NCBI GenBank assembly: GCA_965660795.1
Contig: CBFIBF010000001.1
Coordinates: forward strand, 30,932-94,931
Direction: 5' to 3'
Length of the DNA stretch: 64,000 nucleotides
DNA from: Gammaproteobacteria bacterium
GTDB lineage: Bacteria > Pseudomonadota > Gammaproteobacteria > GCA-002705445 > GCA-002716945
Position numbers and translations under genes: made by a program. Shown piece by piece: positions 52,470 through 60,547 of this stretch. The notes under the pieces are model-generated. The model made no database searches. It saw only the letters and a program-made list of their open reading frames with translations, and was not told the origin of the DNA. Positions within the stretch are counted from its first letter, which is position 1. Each line of letters opens with the position of its first letter.

Positions 52470-52656
52470 TTTCTTTAAAGCTTCTTATATGTTCATATGC
52501 AGATTTGATTCTTATAAATATTTTGATAGATTGGGAATCGTTCTTATTTTTGTCTGGATGATATTTTGACGCTAGTCTTCTGTAAGCTGCTTTTATTACA
52601 GACATGTCATCACTAGCATTTACTCCCAATATTCTATAGTCGTTATTAGTTATCAT
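52462..52656 (-). CDS. Stand-alone J-domain protein (DnaJ-like, 64 aa)
   Basis: DYRILGVNASDDMSVIKAAYRRLASKYHPDKNKND...IKSAYEHI is a complete J domain with the HPD motif. Its start overlaps the mraZ stop (ATGA) and its stop overlaps the rsmH start by 8 nt. Confidence 0.65.
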   Translation of the reverse strand: MITNNDYRILGVNASDDMSVIKAAYRRLASKYHPDKNKNDSQSIKIFIRIKSAYEHIRSFKENE

Positions 52657-53144
52657 ATACTTATGTCATTTAAAGCTTCTACATCATCCGTAGAGGTTGC
52701 CTCTTCACGCCATTTCTCAACATTGCGATCCCAAGAATTCTGATCCCAAATTTCAAATTTTTCACCTTGACCAATCAATATGACTTTTTTTGATAATGAT
52801 GCGTATTGTCTTAGTGGTTTTGAGATTAGAATTCTACCACTTGAATCAACATCAACGTCTTCTGCATGGCCAATTAAGAGTCTTTGAATTCTTCTAGCAT
52901 TTCTATTAAAGCTCGGTAAGTTACTGATTTTATCCTGAATCTTAGACCAAATTGTTGTTGGATATAAAAGTAGACATTTATCCTCAGTATCAATAGTTAT
53001 CACCATTGAGCCTTTTAAAAGGTTTGTAATATGTTCTCGATAGGAAATAGGAATACCTAGCCTGCCTTTTGAATCAAGGCTAAGATTGTGAATACCTTTG
53101 AATAGATTCTCCATTTTTCTCCACAAAATAACAAATAATGCCAT
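52653..53144 (-). CDS. mraZ: Transcriptional regulator MraZ
   Basis: 163 aa with duplicated MraZ/SpoVT-AbrB-like halves (GIHNLSLDSKGRLGIP / HAEDVDVDSSGRILI). First gene of the dcw cluster. Confidence 0.93.
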   Translation of the reverse strand: MALFVILWRKMENLFKGIHNLSLDSKGRLGIPISYREHITNLLKGSMVITIDTEDKCLLLYPTTIWSKIQDKISNLPSFNRNARRIQRLLIGHAEDVDVDSSGRILISKPLRQYASLSKKVILIGQGEKFEIWDQNSWDRNVEKWREEATSTDDVEALNDISI

Positions 53145-53287
53145 TTATCAACACTATATGACTTATTTTTAACATATGCAAGTAGTAATAGAGATAAACT
53201 AATGAAAATGTAGATAAATGAAGATTAAAATAACTAAAATATTAATTTTTATATATATTTCAGTTACTTATCGTATAATATTAATTA

Positions 53288-53616
53288 GAGAGAGTTAATC
53301 TATAAGCCGGGTTCTGTCGTGTACAGCTATTTATCTTGAATTATTGTCACCAATAATCTCATTAGCAGCAACCATGTGATTATATTGGGATGAATCACAA
53401 ATTTGCCTTGCTCCAAGTGGGGTTTACTTATGCCTACTTTGTTACCTCAGTAGCGGTAGGCTCTTACCCTACCTTTTCACCCTTACCTTTAAACAGGCGG
53501 TTATTTTCTGCAGCACTTTCCAAAACTCACGTTTTCCAGGTGTTACCTGGCACTTTTTCCCTGGAGCCCGGACTTTCCTCTATGTAATACATAGCAGCTG
53601 TATGATTAACTCTCGT
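53288..53616 (-). ncRNA. rnpB: RNase P RNA (bacterial type A)
   Basis: On the minus strand: GAGGAAAGUCCGGGCUCCAGGGAAAAAGUGCCAGGUAACACCUGG (P4 and the universally conserved region), and near the 3' end CGACAGAACCCGGCUUAUAG matching E. coli M1 RNA. The 5' segment 53614..53604 (GAGAGUUAAUC) pairs with the 3' segment 53300..53290 to form P1. It is locally GC-richer than its surroundings. The ends are approximate (about 10 nt). Confidence 0.88.
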
Positions 53617-53649
53617 TTGTATTATAGAATTTATAAAAGACATATCAAT

Positions 53650-54456
53650 CTATTTTCTAGCAACCAAGTATGCTATCCATGCAGGGTCAGCATCACATTT
53701 TTTCATCTTATAGAATTTCTCAGTTTCCTCATCTTTTTCCTCATCCCAGCCTTGCATATATATATCTACAGACTTAAACCCCGCCTCTTTCAGGCATTCC
53801 TGAATTTCAGGTAATGTCCATAATCTCCAATCGTAAGTAAATGCTCTTTTTTTCTTTGTTTTATCAGGGAATTCAAAATGTATATAACATTTTATTTCAT
53901 GAGTAATTGGATTGAATGATGATTGATCCCATACATAAGTGAAATTTTTATGTTTTGTTCTTTCCTCTAAAAGCTGATGAGCCTCATATCCACCAAAAGC
54001 ATCCAACAAAAAAAGACCATTTCTTTTTAGTTGAGAACGTGCGTTTTGGAAATATTTAATTAATTTAACCCTATCTTTAAAAACAAAATAACTAAAATTA
54101 GCAGCTAGTACACAGTCGACTTTATCATCTTTGTATTTAGAGGAATCTCCATAACATATTTTTATTCTAGACTGTTGATTTTGATCAAGTCTTCTCAAAG
54201 CAGTTTTTTTCGCTTGGTTTATCATTTGTTTATCATAATCCACAGCTATAGATGTATGTTTATTATTATCCATAACCCACTCAGTAGATATTAAAGCTGA
54301 AGCAGAAAAATCTTCTCGTAAGCTTACACATTTAGATTTATTATATTTTTTATATAACTTTTTAATAAAACCCACCTCAAATTCTGGACATTGAACTGAT
54401 TCTTCATAAAGTTGATTGATGTCAGCTGTGCGAGCAGTTAATTTTTTTTTCACCAT
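53650..54456 (-). CDS. Putative SAM-dependent methyltransferase-like protein
   Basis: 268 aa with a degenerate motif I-like LREDFSASALISTE and an NFSY (NPPY-like) segment, followed by an acidic/basic C-terminal tail. Weak family assignment. Overlaps the dusA 3' end by 35 nt. Confidence 0.4.
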   Translation of the reverse strand: MVKKKLTARTADINQLYEESVQCPEFEVGFIKKLYKKYNKSKCVSLREDFSASALISTEWVMDNNKHTSIAVDYDKQMINQAKKTALRRLDQNQQSRIKICYGDSSKYKDDKVDCVLAANFSYFVFKDRVKLIKYFQNARSQLKRNGLFLLDAFGGYEAHQLLEERTKHKNFTYVWDQSSFNPITHEIKCYIHFEFPDKTKKKRAFTYDWRLWTLPEIQECLKEAGFKSVDIYMQGWDEEKDEETEKFYKMKKCDADPAWIAYLVARK

Positions 54457-55393
54457 GATTTTCCTCGTTATTAAAATAATTTACGTCTGTAATTGGTTTA
54501 TCTGAATTTATTAATGTATGCAAATATTTTCTCCACTTCTTAGATAAGCTCGTGCCTTTATACAAATTTGTAAGATGCTTCAATGCATAAAGCTTATTAC
54601 CTCTTTCTTCAAAATCAAGTTGATTAATATATTTTTCAATAATAGATGGGGTCGATAAATTATTATCAAAAGAAAAAATCCTTTTTTCTAATTCAAGTAA
54701 AAACCTTGGATCATCATATATTTTTCTGCCAATCATAATTCCACCATAAATATTTAAAAGATGTGTAGCTTCATCCAAATTATCTATTCCACCATTTATA
54801 TATATTTTTAAATGTGGGAATTTATTTTTTAGCTTGAGCACGTCATCATATCTAAGAGGTGGAACTGATCTATTTTTCTTTGTGGATAAACCATTTAATA
54901 CTGCATTTCGAGCATGAATATAAAATATCTCACATCCAGCATCACTAGTGACATGAATAAATTTTTCTATATTTTCTAAATTTTGCTCATAACCTAAGCC
55001 AAGTCTTGTCTTTATTGATACGGGAAGATTAGTACATGATAGAATGGACTTGACATAACTTGCGACATCATCGGGGTTATCAATTTGGCACGCACCAAAT
55101 CCACCTTTAATAACTTTTGAGCTAGGACAACCAATATTTAGATTAATCTCATCAAATCCCATCTTTGCTAAGATATCAGAAGCTTGCATAAATTTATTTT
55201 TATCATTACCTGCAACTTGAGCCACTATTGGATGCTGATTTGAAGGTATGGCATAATTTCTAAAATTTCCTCTTAAAAGAGAATCAACTGTAATCATTTC
55301 AGTAAACAGTGTTATGTTAGGTGACATCAACCTAATCAGTTTTCTGAAGTACTTGTCCGTCCTTCCCACCATAGGTGCTAAGAATAATTTCAT
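54422..55393 (-). CDS. dusA: tRNA-dihydrouridine synthase (DusA-like)
   Basis: 323 aa with a LAPMVGRTDKYFR N-terminus and a TIM-barrel Dus catalytic Cys (NIGCPS). Confidence 0.85.
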   Translation of the reverse strand: MKLFLAPMVGRTDKYFRKLIRLMSPNITLFTEMITVDSLLRGNFRNYAIPSNQHPIVAQVAGNDKNKFMQASDILAKMGFDEINLNIGCPSSKVIKGGFGACQIDNPDDVASYVKSILSCTNLPVSIKTRLGLGYEQNLENIEKFIHVTSDAGCEIFYIHARNAVLNGLSTKKNRSVPPLRYDDVLKLKNKFPHLKIYINGGIDNLDEATHLLNIYGGIMIGRKIYDDPRFLLELEKRIFSFDNNLSTPSIIEKYINQLDFEERGNKLYALKHLTNLYKGTSLSKKWRKYLHTLINSDKPITDVNYFNNEENHGEKKINCSHS

Positions 55394-55443
55394 AATATGC
55401 CTTATAGTTTATCTATTTTGATTTATCAGCTTATAATATTGTA

Positions 55444-56052
55444 ATGTCGACTAAATTACAAAAAGATGATATTTCTATTGCCATTTTAGCTGGCGGAAAA
55501 TCATCAAGAATGGGTGGTAATAATAAAGGTCTCATGAAGCTAAATAATAAGCTTGTTTTGTCAAGGCTAATATCTATTGCATGTAATTACTCATCTGATG
55601 TTTTTGTTATTGCAAATGATCTACTAGATGAATATAGAAAAATTCATCAAAACGTTTATTCAGATATTCTTGAAGATTATCAAGGGCCATTATCTGGTAT
55701 ATACTCTGCGCTTTCGTATTGTAAAAATCAATATTTAATCACCTTGCCATGTGATGGACCATTCCTCTCTAAAGAATATTTTGAAACTTTGACTGAATTT
55801 AATAATGAAAAAAAGATCTTTGTAACAAAGACAGGTGATAGGCTTCAGCCTGTGCATGCAAGAATTGATACATCGCTAAAAAATAATTTAAAACTCTTCT
55901 TACAATCTGGAGAGAGAAAAATAGATAAGTGGTATACTTCATGCGGATATGAAGTGGTTTTATTTGATGAAAGTGATGAAATGTTTATAAATCTAAATAC
56001 AAAAATAGATATTGAAGAAAATATTGAATTAATTAAAAAACTATATGGATAA
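55444..56052 (+). CDS. MobA-like nucleotidyltransferase (molybdenum cofactor guanylyltransferase family)
   Basis: 202 aa with AILAGGKSSRMGGNNKGL and PCDGPFL, matching MobA motifs. First gene of the C1-cofactor cluster. Confidence 0.7.
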   Translation: MSTKLQKDDISIAILAGGKSSRMGGNNKGLMKLNNKLVLSRLISIACNYSSDVFVIANDLLDEYRKIHQNVYSDILEDYQGPLSGIYSALSYCKNQYLITLPCDGPFLSKEYFETLTEFNNEKKIFVTKTGDRLQPVHARIDTSLKNNLKLFLQSGERKIDKWYTSCGYEVVLFDESDEMFINLNTKIDIEENIELIKKLYG

Positions 56053-56575
56053 ACATAGAATAGCATGGTGTATTACTGGTTCGGGTCATTACCTAAAAGA
56101 ATCAATTGATCTTATGCTTACATTAAATCATGTAGATTTATATTTGAGTAAAGCAGGTGAAGAGGTACTCAAATGGTATGACTATGATCTTGATATTTTC
56201 AAGAAAAAGAAGATTAAAATATTCAAAGATATAACTGCCAGCTCGGCACCAGTTAGTTTATTATATGAGTCTGTTTATAAACTAGTTGTTATCTCGCCTG
56301 CTACCTCAAATACAATAGCTTTCATGGCACAGGGTATGTCTAATAACCTTGTGACAAATATGTTTGCACAAGCTGGTAAATGTGGAATTAAAACACTAGT
56401 TTTTGCATGCGATACTGAACCAGTTGTAATTACACAGGCACCTAAAAAATTAGTTACTTTATACCCAAGAGAAATAGATTTAAAAAATTTTAGAGCTTTG
56501 AAAAAATTTAAAAATGTATCCGTTGTTGATAACGTAGCATCTTTGAAAAAAGCTTTAAGTAAATTAATTAAATGA
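56045..56575 (+). CDS. Flavoprotein-family protein (CoaC/EpiD/AfpA fold); candidate dihydromethanopterin reductase (DmrX/AfpA-like)
   Basis: 176 aa with AWCITGSG and ISPATSNTIA, the two signature motifs of the FMN-binding flavoprotein family. Overlaps its neighbours (8-nt and 4-nt overlaps). Confidence 0.55.
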   Translation: MDKHRIAWCITGSGHYLKESIDLMLTLNHVDLYLSKAGEEVLKWYDYDLDIFKKKKIKIFKDITASSAPVSLLYESVYKLVVISPATSNTIAFMAQGMSNNLVTNMFAQAGKCGIKTLVFACDTEPVVITQAPKKLVTLYPREIDLKNFRALKKFKNVSVVDNVASLKKALSKLIK

Positions 56576-57954
56576 AAAATATTTTATTCATTACAGGTAA
56601 GTTGGCTGAAAAAGGCCTTAAGACAGTCCTTGATGGTATTGAAGAAAAAAAATTTAATTACAAAATAAAAAATCTTAATGTGAATGTAGCGGCTCTTTTA
56701 ACAACAGACATGATTGAGAGACGTATTGGTGATGTTAGTCAGTTTGATGAGATTATAATTCCTGGAAGAGTGCGTGGGGATATAGAACGTCTTGAAAAGA
56801 TTGTTAAAAAGAAGGTAACCAGAGGTCCTGATGAATTAAAAGACTTACCAATAATGTTCGGAGCAAAAGCTGTCAAATATGATCTTTCAAAATTTGAAAC
56901 AGCAATATTTGGGGAAATTACAGATGCATTAAATATGACTATTGAAGCTGTAATAGAAAGAGCAGAATATTTTAGATCAGAAGGAGCTGACGTAATAGAC
57001 ATTGGTTGTTTGCCAAATAAAGAATTCCCTCATCTTGAAGAATTAGTCCAGGAACTGAAAAATAGAAATTTCTATGTCAGTATTGATTCTCATAATACAG
57101 ATGAATTGATTCGTGGTTCTAAAGCTGGTGCAGATTATCTCTTAAGTATTAAAAGTGAGACATATCACATACTTGAAAACCTTGACTCATATCCTGTTCT
57201 TATCCCATCAGATAATAATTTACCTGAATTTTATAACCTAATTGATAGAGCTATAAAGGATAATTTAACTTTTATAGCGGATCCAATTCTGGACCCTGTT
57301 TCATATGGGTTTACTAAAAGTTTAATGAGGTATGTAAATTTGAGAGAAAAATATCCTGACATTCACATAATGATTGGTATAGGAAATATCACTGAACTTA
57401 CTCATGCTGATACTACGGGAATAAATATGATAATGCTAGGTATCGTAGAAGAACTCAAATTAAACCACATATTAACAACCCAGGTCAGTAGACATTGTTC
57501 GACGGTCATAAGAGAAACTGACCTTGCAAGGAGAATAATTCATGCGGCTTCTGAAAATAATATTACACCAAAGCATATAAATGATGGATTAATGGCAAAT
57601 CATGATCATAAAGATTATCCTTTATGCTCAGATGAACTAAGTGAAATGCAAACAAAAATCAAAGACAAGAACTATCGTATTTATGTCAATGATGATGGGA
57701 TACATTTATTTAATAAAAATATATACAAAGTTTTTAGTGACCCTTTTAAGTTTTATGAGTATCTTGATTTGAATGATGATACAGGGCATGCATTTTATCT
57801 TGGTGTTGAATTAGCAAGGGCACAAATCGCATTTCAATTAAAGAAGAATTATCATCAAGATGAGGAACTTACTTGGGGGTGTTTAGTTGATAAAGAAATT
57901 GATGATATGATAAGTGAAAAGAAATTAGGTCCGACATTCAAAAAAATAAAATGA
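56572..57954 (+). CDS. Dihydropteroate-synthase-like pterin-binding protein (H4MPT-pathway type) with a C-terminal extension
   Basis: 460 aa carrying Pterin_bind-like motifs (GADVIDIGCLPN, SIDSHNTDELIRGSKAGADYL, MIGIGNITELTHADTTGIN), followed by about 170 residues of unassigned sequence. Confidence 0.6.
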   Translation: MKNILFITGKLAEKGLKTVLDGIEEKKFNYKIKNLNVNVAALLTTDMIERRIGDVSQFDEIIIPGRVRGDIERLEKIVKKKVTRGPDELKDLPIMFGAKAVKYDLSKFETAIFGEITDALNMTIEAVIERAEYFRSEGADVIDIGCLPNKEFPHLEELVQELKNRNFYVSIDSHNTDELIRGSKAGADYLLSIKSETYHILENLDSYPVLIPSDNNLPEFYNLIDRAIKDNLTFIADPILDPVSYGFTKSLMRYVNLREKYPDIHIMIGIGNITELTHADTTGINMIMLGIVEELKLNHILTTQVSRHCSTVIRETDLARRIIHAASENNITPKHINDGLMANHDHKDYPLCSDELSEMQTKIKDKNYRIYVNDDGIHLFNKNIYKVFSDPFKFYEYLDLNDDTGHAFYLGVELARAQIAFQLKKNYHQDEELTWGCLVDKEIDDMISEKKLGPTFKKIK

Positions 57955-58523
57955 TTCATGAAGTAATTGTAACTACCTTTAATAAAAAGAAAGAGGTTCA
58001 CATAGCGCCAATGGGTGTAAAGTTTGTTGATTTTGATAACAAGCAATGTGTTCAAATTTCTCCATTCAAACCGTCTCATACATTAAATAATCTTATTGAT
58101 ACAAAAGTGGCTACAATTAATTATGTTGATAACGTGAAAGTGTTTGCTGGCATTGTCACAGAGGAAAAAAAGTCATGGGATTTAGATCAGGTTTCAGATA
58201 GTTGTGTGCCGCATTTGGATATTACAAATACATATATGAACGTTAGTGTTTGTCAGGAAAATGATGATGATGTAAGGCCAAATATTATATGTAATATAGA
58301 AAATACTAAAATACTAAGGCCTTTTATGGGCTTTAATAGAGCTCAGTTTTCTGTGATTGAACTAGCAGTGCTTTCTACACGATTAGGAAGAATAGAGGAT
58401 GATAAAGTAAAAAGAGAGTATGAGTATCTAAAAATAGGGATAGATAAGACTGCAGGTGAAGACGAAAGAGCAGCATGGAAATGGATAGAAAACAAAATTA
58501 TGAAATATTTTAATAATGATTAA
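57951..58523 (+). CDS. DUF447-like (flavin-reductase-like split-barrel) H4MPT-pathway-associated protein
   Basis: 190 aa with N-terminal EVIVTT...HIAPMGV, typical of the FMN-binding split-barrel / DUF447 family found in H4MPT gene clusters. Confidence 0.45.
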   Translation: MIHEVIVTTFNKKKEVHIAPMGVKFVDFDNKQCVQISPFKPSHTLNNLIDTKVATINYVDNVKVFAGIVTEEKKSWDLDQVSDSCVPHLDITNTYMNVSVCQENDDDVRPNIICNIENTKILRPFMGFNRAQFSVIELAVLSTRLGRIEDDKVKREYEYLKIGIDKTAGEDERAAWKWIENKIMKYFNND

Positions 58524-59220
58524 GATTCTTGGTAGTATCAAAGATGTTAGCGAGGCGAAGGTTATCTCGAAATACGATTTTGATATTATTGATATAAAAA
58601 ATGTCATGGATGGTGCACTTGGATATGTGGGAGATGACGTTGTAAGCAACATCTCTAAAATGTTTAAAAATAAAACTTTAAGTGTTACTGCAGGAAATGA
58701 TTTACATCCAAACTCACAAAAGCAGATATCCAGATTGATGTTGATGAATAAGCTTGGGGTTAAATATATTAAAATAGGAGTTTATGGTGTGGATAACATC
58801 AATGAACATAAAGAATTTTTAAAATCAGTTTCAGGATTATCAATCAAAGTTGTGGGTGTTATGTTTGCGGAGTATATTACAAATGAAAGTCAGATAGATT
58901 CATTTTGTGAATTAAATTATCACGGACTGATGATTGATACTGAGAACAAAAATGCTGGGTCTTCCATAGATATTCTTCCAGATCATCTTATTGAGTATTT
59001 CACTGAAAAATGTAGGCAACATAATAAGCTGTGTGGAATTTCAGGTTCCTTGTCATCAAAAAATTTAGAAAAGGTTTTTTCTTTTAGTCCTAATTTTATT
59101 GGATTAAGAGGTGCTATTTGTTCTCAATCTAAAAGAGAAACAATAGATTCTCTAAACTGTGAGAAAGTTTTAGAATATATTAAGAGAGTTAATCAGAAAA
59201 TGCATCTAAAAGTGGTTTAA
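58516..59220 (+). CDS. MfnB-like (5-formylfuran-3-yl)methyl phosphate synthase (DUF556 family)
   Basis: 234 aa with N-terminus MIKILGSIKDVSEAKVISKYDFDIIDIKNVMDGALGYV, similar to MfnB (MxLLVSP..EA..A...GADIIDVKNP.EGSLGA). Confidence 0.55.
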   Translation: MIKILGSIKDVSEAKVISKYDFDIIDIKNVMDGALGYVGDDVVSNISKMFKNKTLSVTAGNDLHPNSQKQISRLMLMNKLGVKYIKIGVYGVDNINEHKEFLKSVSGLSIKVVGVMFAEYITNESQIDSFCELNYHGLMIDTENKNAGSSIDILPDHLIEYFTEKCRQHNKLCGISGSLSSKNLEKVFSFSPNFIGLRGAICSQSKRETIDSLNCEKVLEYIKRVNQKMHLKVV

Positions 59221-60547
59221 CTTTAGAAATTGTCTCATTATACTCACTGCGAATGTCAGAATCATAGACAATTCCTCCTCCGCCCCAGAAATATAAATTA
59301 TTATCAATAGATAACATAGATCTGATTGATATATTTAAATCAGTTTTTTCATCAAAACTAATATAACCTATAGATCCACAGTATATCGATCTTTCATCAG
59401 GCTCAAGTTCCTCAATAATTTCCATCGCACGAAGTTTCGGAGCACCTGTAATTGAACCTCCTGGGAAAGCATCTCTTATCAGATTATAAATATTTGAACT
59501 TTCATCAATTTCTCCACTTATTGTACTCACAAGATGATGGACGTTAGCAAATGTTTCAATTTCAAATAATTTATCAACTTTTACACTACCCTTTTTACAG
59601 TTAATGCTCAAATCATTCCTAAGTAAATCCACAATCATCAAGTTTTCAGCCATATCTTTTTCAGATGATTTAAGATCATCGATGTTATTTTTGTTAATGA
59701 TTGGATTATCAGATATTGGTCTTGTTCCTTTAATGGGTTTAGTCTCAATGATATTATTTTTTATTGATAAAAATCTCTCTGGAGAGAATGATAAAATTTT
59801 CCCGTTATGCGAGTTAAAATAAACTGAATAGGGGGATGAAAAGGTTTTATTAAGCTGTTGATAAAGATTATATTCATCTCCCTCATATGCGAGTGAAAAT
59901 CTTTGAGCTAAATTAACCTGATAACAATCCCCTGCTTTAATATATTCTAGTATTTTCATGAGCTTCATCTCATATAAAGCATAATTCATATTTGATTCAC
60001 AGCTTGAAGTTATTTTAAAGGAATCTTTACTGTTTAATTTTTTATTTTCTGGAGAGTAATTGCTTATGCTTTTAATTAATGTATTAATTTCATAATAAAC
60101 GATAAAAGCTTTTTTTTTATGATAATCATAAATTACTGCCCAATCATAAATCCCGAAAGCAAAAGTAGGAAAGTTCAAGCTTTTATGTAAGCTTTTAATT
60201 TGATGTAGTTTTTTTCCATAATCATATGCAATATGTCCAATAGCACCTCCACAAAATGGAATATCATCAGCAGACTCACATTTATAATTACTCATTATCT
60301 CTCTAAGTAAATCAAATGGACATGTATCAATCTCCTTTGTAAAATTTTCATCCTCTATTAATAAAACAGAATCGTCTTTGAAAATAATTTTTTTTATGGG
60401 ATTCGATGTAATTATATCAAATCTTTGATCAGGATATTTTTCATAATTACTGTTCAAGAAAACAGCCCAGTCATTCTCTTTTATAAACTCAAAAATTTTA
60501 TGAGATGGTATATTAAAATCAAGTTCAATAAATTTATAATTCATCAC
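59189..60547 (-). CDS. Chorismate-utilising enzyme, aminodeoxychorismate synthase component I-like (PabB-like)
   Basis: 452 aa with C-terminal chorismate-binding motifs (FPGGSITGAPKLRAMEIIEELE, RSIYCGSIGY, GGGGIVYDSDIRSEYNET). Confidence 0.7.
   Translation of the reverse strand: MMNYKFIELDFNIPSHKIFEFIKENDWAVFLNSNYEKYPDQRFDIITSNPIKKIIFKDDSVLLIEDENFTKEIDTCPFDLLREIMSNYKCESADDIPFCGGAIGHIAYDYGKKLHQIKSLHKSLNFPTFAFGIYDWAVIYDYHKKKAFIVYYEINTLIKSISNYSPENKKLNSKDSFKITSSCESNMNYALYEMKLMKILEYIKAGDCYQVNLAQRFSLAYEGDEYNLYQQLNKTFSSPYSVYFNSHNGKILSFSPERFLSIKNNIIETKPIKGTRPISDNPIINKNNIDDLKSSEKDMAENLMIVDLLRNDLSINCKKGSVKVDKLFEIETFANVHHLVSTISGEIDESSNIYNLIRDAFPGGSITGAPKLRAMEIIEELEPDERSIYCGSIGYISFDEKTDLNISIRSMLSIDNNLYFWGGGGIVYDSDIRSEYNETISKVKPLLDAFSD

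Noticed and set aside
53390-53814. Track ORFs 53390..53587 (+) and 53602..53814 (+).
   Set aside because: They overlap RNase P RNA (rnpB) and its flank. The GC-rich structured RNA explains the open frames.
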